Virus record (IMG/VR): IMGVR_UViG_3300027969_000065 | Length of the DNA: 64,000 nt | Strand: one strand, 5' to 3' | Source of the DNA: an uncultured virus (IMG/VR IMGVR_UViG_3300027969_000065) | Taxonomy: Duplodnaviria; Heunggongvirae; Uroviricota; Caudoviricetes; Demerecviridae | Part shown: in pieces, positions 25,748-35,300 of the stretch | Layout: the number at the start of each line of letters is the position of its first letter | How positions within the stretch are numbered: the first letter of the stretch is position 1 | The notes under the pieces: generated by a model | Databases searched by the model: none | Told to the model about the DNA's origin: nothing | The model's input: only the letters and a program-made list of their open reading frames with translations | Position numbers and translations under genes: made by a program

Positions 25748-26059
25748 ATGAGAACACTAGTATATATTTTTGATGTAGACGGTACTATTCTAGATACAAA
25801 GAATAGTAATTATGATAATTCCATGCCTATTCCCGGACGCATTGACAGGGTAAATGGTTTATATGATGAAGGCCATAAAATCGTATACTGGACAGCACGA
25901 GGAGCTGTTACTGGTCGAGACTGGTATGATTTTACTAAAAGGCAATTAGATGATTTCGGATGTAAGTACCACGAGTTTCACACAAAGAAACCACACTACC
26001 ATATATGGGTAGATGACAAAGCAATTAATGCTGATGAATTTTTCAACAAAGGAATGTAA
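25748..26059 (+). CDS. small HAD-superfamily phosphatase
   Basis: FDVDGTI, WTARG, KP, VDDKA. Confidence 0.8.
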   Translation: MRTLVYIFDVDGTILDTKNSNYDNSMPIPGRIDRVNGLYDEGHKIVYWTARGAVTGRDWYDFTKRQLDDFGCKYHEFHTKKPHYHIWVDDKAINADEFFNKGM

Positions 26060-26364
26060 TGCAAAACGGATTTGAGTTTTATTTTGGTGCAGTAGATACA
26101 GACCAAGACAGCGTCGGACTAGAGGATTTATTCCAACAAGGTGACGCGTACTTCTACTTTAAAATGGTAGTAGAAGACGACATGTTTACCATCTACGATA
26201 CTTGCAATCGTATGATGCCTTTTGATCGCGCACAGATCAAGGAAGTAAATATGGCTATGTTTGGTGCAACTCAATTCTACAATGCTTTGGAAGAAGCAGA
26301 CCAAGTATTTGAAAAGCGCATGCGAGAAACCAATGCACTAATGGATTTCTGGAAAGATGAGTAA
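26059..26364 (+). CDS. hypothetical protein
   Basis: TAATG-coupled ORF. Confidence 0.7.
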   Translation: MQNGFEFYFGAVDTDQDSVGLEDLFQQGDAYFYFKMVVEDDMFTIYDTCNRMMPFDRAQIKEVNMAMFGATQFYNALEEADQVFEKRMRETNALMDFWKDE

Positions 26365-27049
26365 AGTTACCTTAGTTGGTATTACTCAGCCCCTCATTGA
26401 GGGTGTTTCCACTGCAGCAGATCTCGTAGCGTATGTAGCGCGAGTATCTAACCCCAGCAATCAGCTAAACATTGAAACTGCACCCAAACTATTAGCATAC
26501 TTGGCTAAACATCAACATTGGTCTCCGTTTGAAATGGTATCACTAACCATGGAGATTGAGACTACACGAGACATTGCACGACAGATTTTGCGGCATCGTA
26601 GCTTTAGTTTCCAAGAGTTTAGCCAGCGATATGCACACGGGCCTGATCTAGGCTTTGAAGTACGCGAAGCCCGACTTCAGGATACTAAGAATCGACAGGC
26701 GTCGACAGAGCTAGACACCGCCACGGAAACAGATCGCAGCCTGGCGTTTGATTGGGAGCGTGCACAGAAGCGAGTACTGTTTGTAGCTGAAAAAGAGTAT
26801 GACTGGGCTATCAAGAATGGTATTGCCAAAGAACAGGCTCGTGCCATACTACCAGAAGGTCTAACGCATTCTCGGTTATACATGGCCGGCACATTACGAT
26901 CCTGGCTACATTACTGCATTTTGCGTACAGAAATGGGAACTCAAAAAGAACATAGACAAGTAGCACAAGCTGCGCTAGATGTTCTATCTCAGCAGTTTCC
27001 ATCTATCATGGGGATAGTCAATAATGAAAACGGAACCCAGCAAGGTTAA
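26357..27049 (+). CDS. thyX: FAD-dependent thymidylate synthase
   Basis: HWSPFE, RQILRHRSFSFQEFSQRY, EQAR.ILP, TQKEHR. Confidence 0.96.
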   Translation: MSKVTLVGITQPLIEGVSTAADLVAYVARVSNPSNQLNIETAPKLLAYLAKHQHWSPFEMVSLTMEIETTRDIARQILRHRSFSFQEFSQRYAHGPDLGFEVREARLQDTKNRQASTELDTATETDRSLAFDWERAQKRVLFVAEKEYDWAIKNGIAKEQARAILPEGLTHSRLYMAGTLRSWLHYCILRTEMGTQKEHRQVAQAALDVLSQQFPSIMGIVNNENGTQQG

Positions 27050-27284
27050 TCCTCTAGAATTCATTTTAGAGTTATTTCCGGACACCGACCCTAAACCGCT
27101 GACAATAGAGCAATCTAATCAGTTTGTACACTATTTACGAATGGGCGGGATTATCTGCGATTCACAGCTAGAAGAAGTAGAAGCTCTCAAGCTCTTAGAC
27201 ACCTTGGGTTTACTAACCGTAGAAATAGAAACAAGTATTCTCGGCACAACATTAAAAATAGGAAATAGATACAATGGCAAATAA
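27024..27284 (+). CDS. hypothetical protein
   Basis: Overlapping operon ORF. Confidence 0.6.
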   Translation: MKTEPSKVNPLEFILELFPDTDPKPLTIEQSNQFVHYLRMGGIICDSQLEEVEALKLLDTLGLLTVEIETSILGTTLKIGNRYNGK

Positions 27285-27675
27285 ATCAGGCAGTGCTGGG
27301 CGCACTGCTAAAGCGGCTGCATATAAGACTTCTAGGCGTTGGGAAGCTAATCGCCGGCGTCGGCTAGAGCGGGAGCTTAAACGCAATCCCAACAATGCCA
27401 CACAGATTGAAACAGCTTTAAAGAACATTGTGTATCGTAGGAAAACTCCTGTAAATCGCACTTGGAGTTCTACCCGCCGTCAGACTGCTGTCCTATACAA
27501 GAAGTTTACTGGTGTGGTAAACTTGGATATGTTCAGCAACAACGAAAAGTTGTCCGGGCCTGCGCTGATGACGCACGGCAAGTTTAAAGTTTCCAAATCA
27601 CTAGGCCGCACGGATCGCATGTTTGCCTTAGGCACTCGTGCTCACAACGGCTTAGGTATTCCAGTATGGGCTTAA
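27274..27675 (+). CDS. basic hypothetical protein
   Basis: AGGA SD; Arg/Lys-rich. Confidence 0.65.
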   Translation: MANKSGSAGRTAKAAAYKTSRRWEANRRRRLERELKRNPNNATQIETALKNIVYRRKTPVNRTWSSTRRQTAVLYKKFTGVVNLDMFSNNEKLSGPALMTHGKFKVSKSLGRTDRMFALGTRAHNGLGIPVWA

Positions 27676-27923
27676 TCGAAGGTTATTTGATATTCTGTTT
27701 AGCTACAACCATAGCGTCGATGTACGAACTATTCATACCTGTAATATCAAGTTTGAGTATAACTCATCCGGAATTACCAGTAATACAACATAAATGGATT
27801 ACATTAACTACATTTGTGTGTATAACCACAATAGTTGCTCCAATTATGTTGCTGCCGTGCGTTGTACCCAGCATGGGAGAACGTTTCCGCAAAAGTCTGT
27901 GGGACACTCTGGTAAACGATTAA
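27666..27923 (+). CDS. membrane protein
   Basis: Two hydrophobic segments. Confidence 0.65.
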   Translation: MGLIEGYLIFCLATTIASMYELFIPVISSLSITHPELPVIQHKWITLTTFVCITTIVAPIMLLPCVVPSMGERFRKSLWDTLVND

Positions 27924-27991
27924 AATTCTTGTATTGACCGCACTGCTTAGTTACTCTATAATGTATTCTTACATCGAGAAAGCAAACACAA

Positions 27992-28264
27992 ATGAAGCTC
28001 GTACAATTTACCTACACTGACACCAAAGGCAAAACTAAAGATCGTAAAGTTTTGGTAACATCGGAACCCAGCGACAAGCTAAAAGGAATCGATATGTCGG
28101 AACTAGATCATGATGACTTGCTGGAGTTTAGTAACGAGTATGCAACAATCCAAGAATCATTCTATGCAGCTCTTGAAACTCTCAAAAGCAACTATGACCT
28201 GAAGCATAACTTCCGTCAGTTCTTTGCAAACAAGATTGCTAACCTGGTTTCTGTAGAAGTTTGA
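27992..28264 (+). CDS. hypothetical protein
   Basis: Promoter TTGACC-17-TATAAT at 27934-27962. Confidence 0.7.
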   Translation: MKLVQFTYTDTKGKTKDRKVLVTSEPSDKLKGIDMSELDHDDLLEFSNEYATIQESFYAALETLKSNYDLKHNFRQFFANKIANLVSVEV

Positions 28265-28270
28265 GTTACC

Positions 28271-28376
28271 GGGCCTACCAAAAATACGTCTAGGATACTA
28301 GCGTATAGCCGAACATTTGTGTTGATAGCTCCACGCTAGGGAGCCGGAGCAGATAAGACGTATTTTTGGTAGGCCC
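28271..28376 (+). ncRNA. candidate small structured RNA closed by a perfect 21-bp stem
   Basis: GGGCCTACCAAAAATACGTCT / AGACGTATTTTTGGTAGGCCC; inner CTAGCGT/ACGCTAG. Confidence 0.55.
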
Positions 28377-28427
28377 TCATACAAAAGCAGACTTGAATCG
28401 TCTGTTTCTCTATGGCATAATACATAT

Positions 28428-28688
28428 ATGAATTCGAAAAATAAAAGAAAATTTAGACATTGGGACAACAAGCTGCTTTTTGACGTTTATCAAAAAGCAG
28501 TTCAAATTAACGGTAAAATCGAAGAAAAGTGTAATGAAGAAACTAGCCCTGATATGTTGCCAGAATCACTCATCCCTACTGATATTCTGTACGACCTTAC
28601 TTCATGCTTTGAAGCTATGTACGACAAACTGATGGACGAAGAATTGTTGACCGCGGGCTTTCCCAAGTCCTCCAAGACTAATCACTGA
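28428..28688 (+). CDS. hypothetical protein
   Basis: ATG just downstream of promoter 28393-28421, probably leaderless. Confidence 0.65.
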   Translation: MNSKNKRKFRHWDNKLLFDVYQKAVQINGKIEEKCNEETSPDMLPESLIPTDILYDLTSCFEAMYDKLMDEELLTAGFPKSSKTNH

Positions 28689-28762
28689 AATTTTGCATTT
28701 GATTTAGAAGCTGAAACGCTTTATAATATTTACTTACAAACTTACTACCAAGGAAACACAAA

Positions 28763-29119
28763 ATGGCATGGACTGAAGACCAAAAGCAAGCTGCAATCGC
28801 TCAATACGAAGCCGGTAACCCCACTCCTGAGAACTCAACTGAGCTCATCAAGGAAATCGCCGAAGAAATGGAGCAATCTCCAAACGGCGTGCGTATGGTG
28901 CTTGTGCAAGCTGGTGTCTACATCAAGAAAGAGGCTGGTGCTCCTGCTGCTAAGACCGCCAGTAAAACTACTGACGCTCCAAAGCGTGTCAGCAAAGAAT
29001 CCAGCATCGCTGCACTGAAAGCAGTTATTGAAAGCAAGGGCTTGGCCGTTGACGATGACGTGCTAGACAAGCTCACCGGCAAAGCCGCCGTGTACTTTAC
29101 CACTGTACTCAAAGGCTAA
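28763..29119 (+). CDS. T5 D3-like DNA-binding protein
   Basis: WT...EIAE...SPNGVRM.L..AGVYIKK...SK......L...DKLTGKAA. Confidence 0.8.
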   Translation: MAWTEDQKQAAIAQYEAGNPTPENSTELIKEIAEEMEQSPNGVRMVLVQAGVYIKKEAGAPAAKTASKTTDAPKRVSKESSIAALKAVIESKGLAVDDDVLDKLTGKAAVYFTTVLKG

Positions 29120-29161
29120 ACACAGCGGCTTAGGCCGCTTTTTTCATTTTTTGGAGGACAT

Positions 29162-29779
29162 ATGGCAGCTCGACGTACTAAAAACGGTGATGATGAGAAG
29201 CTGGATGCAACAAGCCTGGAAAAGGTTATTGCGCTGCTAGAACCCACAGAAGGCAAACCCATTTCAAAGAAAGACGCTTGTGCGATCCTAAACATCTCGT
29301 ACAATACAACCCGCCTTGCATCGCTGATCGAGAAGTACAAAGAAAAGAAAGCAGTGAATGCTTCACGGCGTGCTGCACTGCGTGGCAAGCCCGCAACCCC
29401 AAACGAAATCTCTTACATTATCAGCGAGTATCTAGAAGGTGCCACAGTAGAGTCAATTACCGAAAAGACTTTCCGCGGTACGACCTTTGTGAAAGCGATC
29501 TTGGAGGAAAACAACGTACCTATCCGTGCTAAAGCTCATGACTACTTCAAGCCAGAGCTGATCCCAGAAGGTGCAATGCAAGAGCGTTTCACCGTTGGCG
29601 AAGTAGTCTACTCAGCCAGGTATGATTCAACTGCTCGCGTAGATGCAGAACTTCATCAGAAGGGTCAGTGGGTCTACAGGATCTGGCTGCTGTCGGAGAA
29701 GTGGAAGCAATTCGCGTACCAAGAAGCAGCCGAACTAGCCAGTCTAGTTCACCTACGGAAGTTAGGCGTGTTGGTTTGA
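29162..29779 (+). CDS. conserved T5-like hypothetical protein
   Basis: GGAGG SD; KK.AC..LNI.YNTTRL motif; synteny after D3. Confidence 0.7.
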   Translation: MAARRTKNGDDEKLDATSLEKVIALLEPTEGKPISKKDACAILNISYNTTRLASLIEKYKEKKAVNASRRAALRGKPATPNEISYIISEYLEGATVESITEKTFRGTTFVKAILEENNVPIRAKAHDYFKPELIPEGAMQERFTVGEVVYSARYDSTARVDAELHQKGQWVYRIWLLSEKWKQFAYQEAAELASLVHLRKLGVLV

Positions 29780-29816
29780 TCCCGGCGCCAAACCTGCAAA
29801 ATTATAAAGGACATAG

Positions 29817-30107
29817 ATGGATCTATATGAAAAGCTAATATTTGAGAATGAAGAAAAAGGCTTTCAGTATAAACTCACTGTGAGCGAGTTCCGTGATGTT
29901 CAGTATATTCATGTACGCAAATACTTTCTTAGCTACGAGGGAGAGTACATCCCCACTAAAGAGGGAGCATCTATTCCAGCTACAATTCAGAACATCTTTG
30001 CACTCTTAGATGGCTTGATTGAGATTTGTGCCAACGAAGAAAGTGTAGATGTAATCACCGAGTACTTTGGCAAGAAAATTTCTCAGTTGCAAAAAGACCC
30101 TGAATAA
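29817..30107 (+). CDS. PC4/p15-like ssDNA-binding protein
   Basis: KLTVSEFRDVQYIHVRKYF....GE..PTKEG.S. Confidence 0.8.
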   Translation: MDLYEKLIFENEEKGFQYKLTVSEFRDVQYIHVRKYFLSYEGEYIPTKEGASIPATIQNIFALLDGLIEICANEESVDVITEYFGKKISQLQKDPE

Positions 30108-30122
30108 GCTATAATACTTACT

Positions 30123-31082
30123 ATGAATAAAATCTACGAATACTTAAACAACGCAGCGCGTCAGTATTACAATGGTGTTCCAGTCATGTCGGATGAACAA
30201 TTCGATAAGTTGGCTGATTCCATTGGGTACAATGCCGTAGGTGCTAAACAGCATGAAAATACTGAGAAACACTATCATCGTATGTACTCTCTGCAGAAGC
30301 ACTACGAAGACGAAACTAACAAATCTCCGTTGTCTGCTCATGGTAGCTGCTCTATGACTCCTAAGATTGACGGAGCTGCTATTAGCATTCTGTATATCAA
30401 TGGACAACTTAGCCGCGTGCTGACTCGTGGCGATGGAATCGAAGGGCGTATCGTAACTGATAAGTTTCTTGCAACCAAGTTGATCCCACATACTATTAGT
30501 GCCAAGTTTGGGCCTGTAGTTCAGATCATTGGAGAGATTGCTGCCCCTAAGTTTGTAGAAAACTCTCGTAACTATGCAGCAGGTGCTCTAAACCTCATTG
30601 ATGTTAATGAGTTTCGTACCAGGTCTGTAGACTTCTTTGCGTATGGTATCTATCCTTACCCTACTGAAACCTTCAACGAGGATATGGCCCTACTAGCCAA
30701 GGAAGGTTTCGATACCGTACAGTCTAAGAATATTGCTGAGATTTACCCTACTGATGGCTTAGTATTTCGTCTCAACAGCAATGCTGAGTTTGAAAGTCTA
30801 GGCTATACTAGTAAGCATCCTCGGGGTGCGTATGCTAAGAAAGAACGTGGCGAGGCTGTAGAAACTACGTTGATCGGCGTTGAGTGGCAAGTCGGACGCA
30901 CTGGTAAGGTTACTCCTACGGCTATCCTGGAACCTGTATACATTGGCGACAAGTTGGTTAGTCGTGCTACTCTCAACAATCCTGCGTTCATCGAATCATT
31001 GGACATTAGGATTGGTGATAGGGTAGCAGTAATCCTTGGTGGTGAAATCATACCTGTTATCACGCACAAGATCGGGGGATAG
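30123..31082 (+). CDS. ligA: NAD-dependent DNA ligase subunit A (adenylation + OB)
   Basis: YYNG...SDEQFD, MYSL, KIDG, TRGDG, RN.AAG, DG, WQVGRTG.VTP. Confidence 0.93.
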   Translation: MNKIYEYLNNAARQYYNGVPVMSDEQFDKLADSIGYNAVGAKQHENTEKHYHRMYSLQKHYEDETNKSPLSAHGSCSMTPKIDGAAISILYINGQLSRVLTRGDGIEGRIVTDKFLATKLIPHTISAKFGPVVQIIGEIAAPKFVENSRNYAAGALNLIDVNEFRTRSVDFFAYGIYPYPTETFNEDMALLAKEGFDTVQSKNIAEIYPTDGLVFRLNSNAEFESLGYTSKHPRGAYAKKERGEAVETTLIGVEWQVGRTGKVTPTAILEPVYIGDKLVSRATLNNPAFIESLDIRIGDRVAVILGGEIIPVITHKIGG

Positions 31083-31181
31083 GCTTGGCAAGTTAACTTT
31101 CCAGTGTCCAGCATTAAAAATTTGGACTTGCGTACAAGGTACTTTTCAAGTATAATAATCTCTTAATTGATAAAGAAACCA

Positions 31182-31937
31182 ATGAAGATAGAAATCCCAA
31201 CCAACTGCCCATGCTGTGCCTACACACTACAGTTTGTAAACGATCAACTATTCTGCCGTAATACTGCTTGCAGTGCTCAACTAAATAAAAAGCTAGAGCA
31301 CTTTACGAAAGCTCTTAGTATCAAGGGTTTCGGCCCTAAAACCGTAGAGAAGTTGAATCTTGCAGATATCACTGAAATCTTTTACATGGATCGCAGTGAC
31401 GTTATCGAAGCACTAGGAAGTGAGAAAGTAGCAGATAAGTTGCTCGATGAAATCGAACGAGCCAAAGCAGCAGATCTTGCTACTGTTCTATCTTCATTCT
31501 CTATCCCTTTAGTCGGCAACACAGCATCTAACAAGATCGCTGCCGTTGTGTCAGACATTACAGAAATCACACCAGACACTTGCAAAGAAGCAGGTCTTGG
31601 TGAGAAAGTCACAGCCAATCTACTAAACTGGATTGATACTGAGTATCAGGAAATGAAAGAGTTCTTGCCGTTCTCGTTCAAATCCAACAGAAGAGTTGCC
31701 GGTAACACAGATGGGTCAACCATCTGTATAACTGGTAAGCTCCATTCCTTTAAAACTAAATCCGAAGCCACAAAACAATTACTAGAGGCTGGGTTTAAGG
31801 TTGTCGAATCAGTAACAAAAACAACAAATTATCTGGTTGACGAACAGGACAATGGTAGCTCTAAGCGTAAGAAAGCTGAAGAATACGGCGTAATTATAAT
31901 CCCTAACTTAAACGATTTTTTGAAAGAAAATAAATGA
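31182..31937 (+). CDS. NAD-dependent DNA ligase subunit B (Zn finger, HhH, BRCT)
   Basis: PTNCPCC...C.N..C, IKGFG, ICITG, SVTK.T.YLV, KA. Confidence 0.92.
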   Translation: MKIEIPTNCPCCAYTLQFVNDQLFCRNTACSAQLNKKLEHFTKALSIKGFGPKTVEKLNLADITEIFYMDRSDVIEALGSEKVADKLLDEIERAKAADLATVLSSFSIPLVGNTASNKIAAVVSDITEITPDTCKEAGLGEKVTANLLNWIDTEYQEMKEFLPFSFKSNRRVAGNTDGSTICITGKLHSFKTKSEATKQLLEAGFKVVESVTKTTNYLVDEQDNGSSKRKKAEEYGVIIIPNLNDFLKENK

Positions 31938-32680
31938 CTGAAAAAGCAAAGAAGTGGTCCGACGCAGCTGTTGATAAGCTAATGTCGATTGTTGGTAACG
32001 AATCACCTGTATCATCAGCAACTGTTGAAAAAGCAGCTGCCGCACTAGATGTTAGCGTTCGTTCAGTAGCCTCAAAGCTACGTCAACTAGACTGCGAAGT
32101 AGCTTCAATGGCTCAAGTAAAGGTCTCTGCTTTTACTCCAGAACAGACTGAAGCACTTGAAAGTTTTGTACAAAACAATGACGGCGAGCTAACATACAAG
32201 CAAATCGCCGAGCAGTTCGAAGACGGCGCTTTCAGTGCCAAGCAGATCCAAGGCAAGCTACTAGCTCTAGAGCTTACCGGTTATGTAAAGCCAGCCGAGA
32301 AGGTAGAAGCCGCACGTACTTATACGGAAGCTGAAGAAAGCGTCTTTATCAAGATGGTTCACAGCGGTAAGTTCATTGAAGAAATTGCTGCCACACTAGG
32401 CAAGACAATCGCTTCAGTTCGTGGCAAAGCACTATCACTGACCCGCAATGGGCAGATTGATAAGATTCCTGCACAAAAGGAAAGCCATGCTACTACCGCA
32501 GTTGATGCTGTAGCCAGCCTAGGTAATCTCAGCGGTATGACAGTTGCGGAAATCGCAGTTGCTGTTGACAAAACTGAACGCGGTATCAAGACGCTGCTAA
32601 CCCGGCGCGGTATCAAGGTTGCTGACTACGACGGTCAGGCTAAGAAGGCTAAGGCAGAAGCCAAGGCAGTTGCTGCCTAA
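31934..32680 (+). CDS. T5 D5-like DNA-binding transcription regulator
   Basis: Repeated HTH units (RSVASKLR, KQIQGKLL.LEL, SVRGKALSL, RGIKT.LTRRG...DYDG). Confidence 0.85.
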   Translation: MTEKAKKWSDAAVDKLMSIVGNESPVSSATVEKAAAALDVSVRSVASKLRQLDCEVASMAQVKVSAFTPEQTEALESFVQNNDGELTYKQIAEQFEDGAFSAKQIQGKLLALELTGYVKPAEKVEAARTYTEAEESVFIKMVHSGKFIEEIAATLGKTIASVRGKALSLTRNGQIDKIPAQKESHATTAVDAVASLGNLSGMTVAEIAVAVDKTERGIKTLLTRRGIKVADYDGQAKKAKAEAKAVAA

Positions 32681-32749
32681 TTACTAATTAGGTGGGGTTG
32701 AGGGGGTAGAGATCGTAATAGTCTCTATCCCCTTTTGCGCTGGAGATTT

Positions 32750-33049
32750 ATGAAAGTAACAATTACTTATCACGATAATGAGTCGTTTACAGTAGAAGAA
32801 GTAGTACGCCAGGCTACCCACAATTATGGAAAGTCTGTAACCGTAGGTGTTATGCCAGAGTCTACCAATCCGTACGACTTGATTTACTTTGGACTACAAC
32901 AACTACTAACACATGAGCAATTAAGTTTAATATACGACAAAGGCGGAACGTACCAGCAAGACATTAAAAAGCTAAGGGCGTCCGTTCTATACAAAGTAGA
33001 AGAAATAATAGATCAAGTTATAATTGATACAGAATCTAAGGTAGCGTAA
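32750..33049 (+). CDS. hypothetical protein
   Basis: GGAG SD; coupled to the helicase. Confidence 0.7.
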   Translation: MKVTITYHDNESFTVEEVVRQATHNYGKSVTVGVMPESTNPYDLIYFGLQQLLTHEQLSLIYDKGGTYQQDIKKLRASVLYKVEEIIDQVIIDTESKVA

Positions 33050-34431
33050 TGGACTGTAGTGCTATTGTTCTAAATAAGCTGTTGCAAGAACGAAACTTAG
33101 ATATTTGGTCTAGGCTTAAACTCGTTTTCTTGGATCCAGCTTTTTCTAGTCTATATAGCGCAGTTAGTAAGTATTACGATAATTATAGTAATATTCCATC
33201 TTTCGATGAATTAGAGATTACCCTAAGAGAGGGCCCTGCATTACGCACTCTGGCTACGTTAAAACTAGCTGATAATCATGATATATCGTCTGAAGTAGCA
33301 CTAAATGCTCTTATAGACCAATATACACAAAACGAAACAATAAAACTCTTAGATAAATTTATAGATAAGCTGCCGGTGTATGATTCGGCAGAGATTAAAG
33401 AAAATCTTGCAGCAATAGTATTAGCCATTGACGAGAAGACCCTGACAACAGAGGGCGTGTATAATATGGCAGACATTATGCTGTTCAAGAACGCAGAAGA
33501 AATGGCCCGTGATCGGGTGCACTTAGGATTCAATAATACGTTCGACGCTACGCTGGCCGGAGTCGCGCGCCAAGAACTCATTCTAATTGGCGGCAAGCGC
33601 GGCTCTGGTAAGTCAATTGCCTCGTCTAACATTGCTGTCAACCAGTATGAGAACGGCAACACTGCTGTGATCTTTTCTATTGAAATGGTTGCACACGAAG
33701 TACTAGAACGCAATCTTAGTATCTTGGCTAACGTAAGTCACCAGAATATTAAGCAGAGTCGTTTAACAGATGATGAGCTGCTGCGCTTAGTACAAGCGCG
33801 AGCAGATATGTTTACAGATGCCCAGGATTTAGTCGAGAAGTTTAAGATCAACAGAGACCGATTTAAGTTTGAGAGTGCTTTGGTACGCGAAAGGCAACTC
33901 AAAACAGATAATCAGATGATTATCATCGACGATCGTGCCTTGACCTTGACAAGTCTAGACTTACACCTAGGCAAACTAAAAGGTAAGTTTGGCGATAAGT
34001 TTACTGTAGCGGTTGTAGACTACCTGAATCAGATCGTAGTTGAGGGTGCTAGTCAGTTTGATTGGCAGCCGCAGATTGTGATCTCAAAGAAACTGAAAGA
34101 ACTAGCCCGCAAGTATGATATTGTGATGGTTAGTCCGTATCAGATTGATGCCACCGGCGAGGCGCGTTTTGCCAAGGGTATTCTAGATGCAGCAGATATT
34201 GCGCTGGTAATGGAAGCCCATGATAAAGAAAAAGGTGCTTTGACGTTTGAAACTACTAAGATTCGTGGTGGCCGAGAAATGACTTTTACAAGTCCTATCA
34301 ATTGGGACACACTTAGAATTAGTCCACATTCTATAGAGGAACCTGAAGCAAAAGAAACAATCAAGAAAGCCGGAAAGAAAAAGCAGATTACAAAAGATGA
34401 TAGTGCGGCCGATATTCCTTGGGATGTATAA
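33049..34431 (+). CDS. DnaB-like replicative helicase (T5 D6)
   Basis: Walker A GGKRGSGKS, FSIEM, VVDYLNQ, SPYQ, ARFAKGILDAAD. Confidence 0.9.
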   Translation: MDCSAIVLNKLLQERNLDIWSRLKLVFLDPAFSSLYSAVSKYYDNYSNIPSFDELEITLREGPALRTLATLKLADNHDISSEVALNALIDQYTQNETIKLLDKFIDKLPVYDSAEIKENLAAIVLAIDEKTLTTEGVYNMADIMLFKNAEEMARDRVHLGFNNTFDATLAGVARQELILIGGKRGSGKSIASSNIAVNQYENGNTAVIFSIEMVAHEVLERNLSILANVSHQNIKQSRLTDDELLRLVQARADMFTDAQDLVEKFKINRDRFKFESALVRERQLKTDNQMIIIDDRALTLTSLDLHLGKLKGKFGDKFTVAVVDYLNQIVVEGASQFDWQPQIVISKKLKELARKYDIVMVSPYQIDATGEARFAKGILDAADIALVMEAHDKEKGALTFETTKIRGGREMTFTSPINWDTLRISPHSIEEPEAKETIKKAGKKKQITKDDSAADIPWDV

Positions 34432-35300
34432 TGTCTGATTACGTTTTAGATTTAATAAAGAAGCAAGGACTAACCTATCAACTATCTGGTAGGGATTATT
34501 TGATTCCGTGTTTGAACCCAGATCACGATGACAATAATCCTAGCTTTAGAGTTGACAAGATTACAGGAGTATCTCATTGCTTTAGTTGCGGGTACAAAGT
34601 AAATATTTTCAAGCACTTCGGTGTAGTTGCTAACTTTACCAGTATCAAGGTTGCTAAACTAAAAGACAAACTGCGTAATCTACACATAGACTTTAACGGT
34701 GTAGAATTTCCAGAAGAAATGATACCTATGTCTAAACCGTACCGCGGCATCACAGTTAAAACTCTAAAAGAGTTTGGTGCGTTTTATACACACGGCAGTG
34801 AAAAGCTACAAGATCGCATATTCTTTCCTATTAAAGATGTACGAGGCAAGAACATAGTTTATGTAGGCAGACACATGATGTCACAGGGAAATCCACGGTA
34901 CTTGAACTACCCAAGCGGAGTTACAATGCCGATCTTTCCTGAGAGCTTTAAAAAACCTGCCAAGAGTGCTGTATTAGTTGAAGGTATCTTTGATATGTTG
35001 AATCTGTACGACAAGGGTTTGCATAACGTATGCTGTACTTTTGGTACTAATACTCTGTTCAAAGAAGCAGCACTCAAGCTGTTGGCTTTGCGTACACAAG
35101 GTATATCTAAAATTTATCTTATGTACGATGGCGATGACGCAGGACAACAAGCAATGGATAAACTAATACCAGTGCTTGAAGAAGCAGAATATACTGTGGA
35201 AAAGATAACGCTTGAAGATGGCACAGATCCTGGCGAGTTAAGTCAGGAATACGTAGACAGCATTAAAGAATATATACATGAAAAAGATAGTAATAATTGA
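34431..35300 (+). CDS. DNA primase (CHC2 zinc finger + Toprim)
   Basis: CLNPDH.D.NPS, HCFSCG, LVEGIFD, YDGDDAG, DPG. Confidence 0.92.
   Translation: MSDYVLDLIKKQGLTYQLSGRDYLIPCLNPDHDDNNPSFRVDKITGVSHCFSCGYKVNIFKHFGVVANFTSIKVAKLKDKLRNLHIDFNGVEFPEEMIPMSKPYRGITVKTLKEFGAFYTHGSEKLQDRIFFPIKDVRGKNIVYVGRHMMSQGNPRYLNYPSGVTMPIFPESFKKPAKSAVLVEGIFDMLNLYDKGLHNVCCTFGTNTLFKEAALKLLALRTQGISKIYLMYDGDDAGQQAMDKLIPVLEEAEYTVEKITLEDGTDPGELSQEYVDSIKEYIHEKDSNN

Noticed and set aside
30123..31937. Split ligase as a pseudogene or frameshift
   Set aside because: A two-gene NAD ligase is normal in T5-like phages; both parts keep their motifs and have promoters
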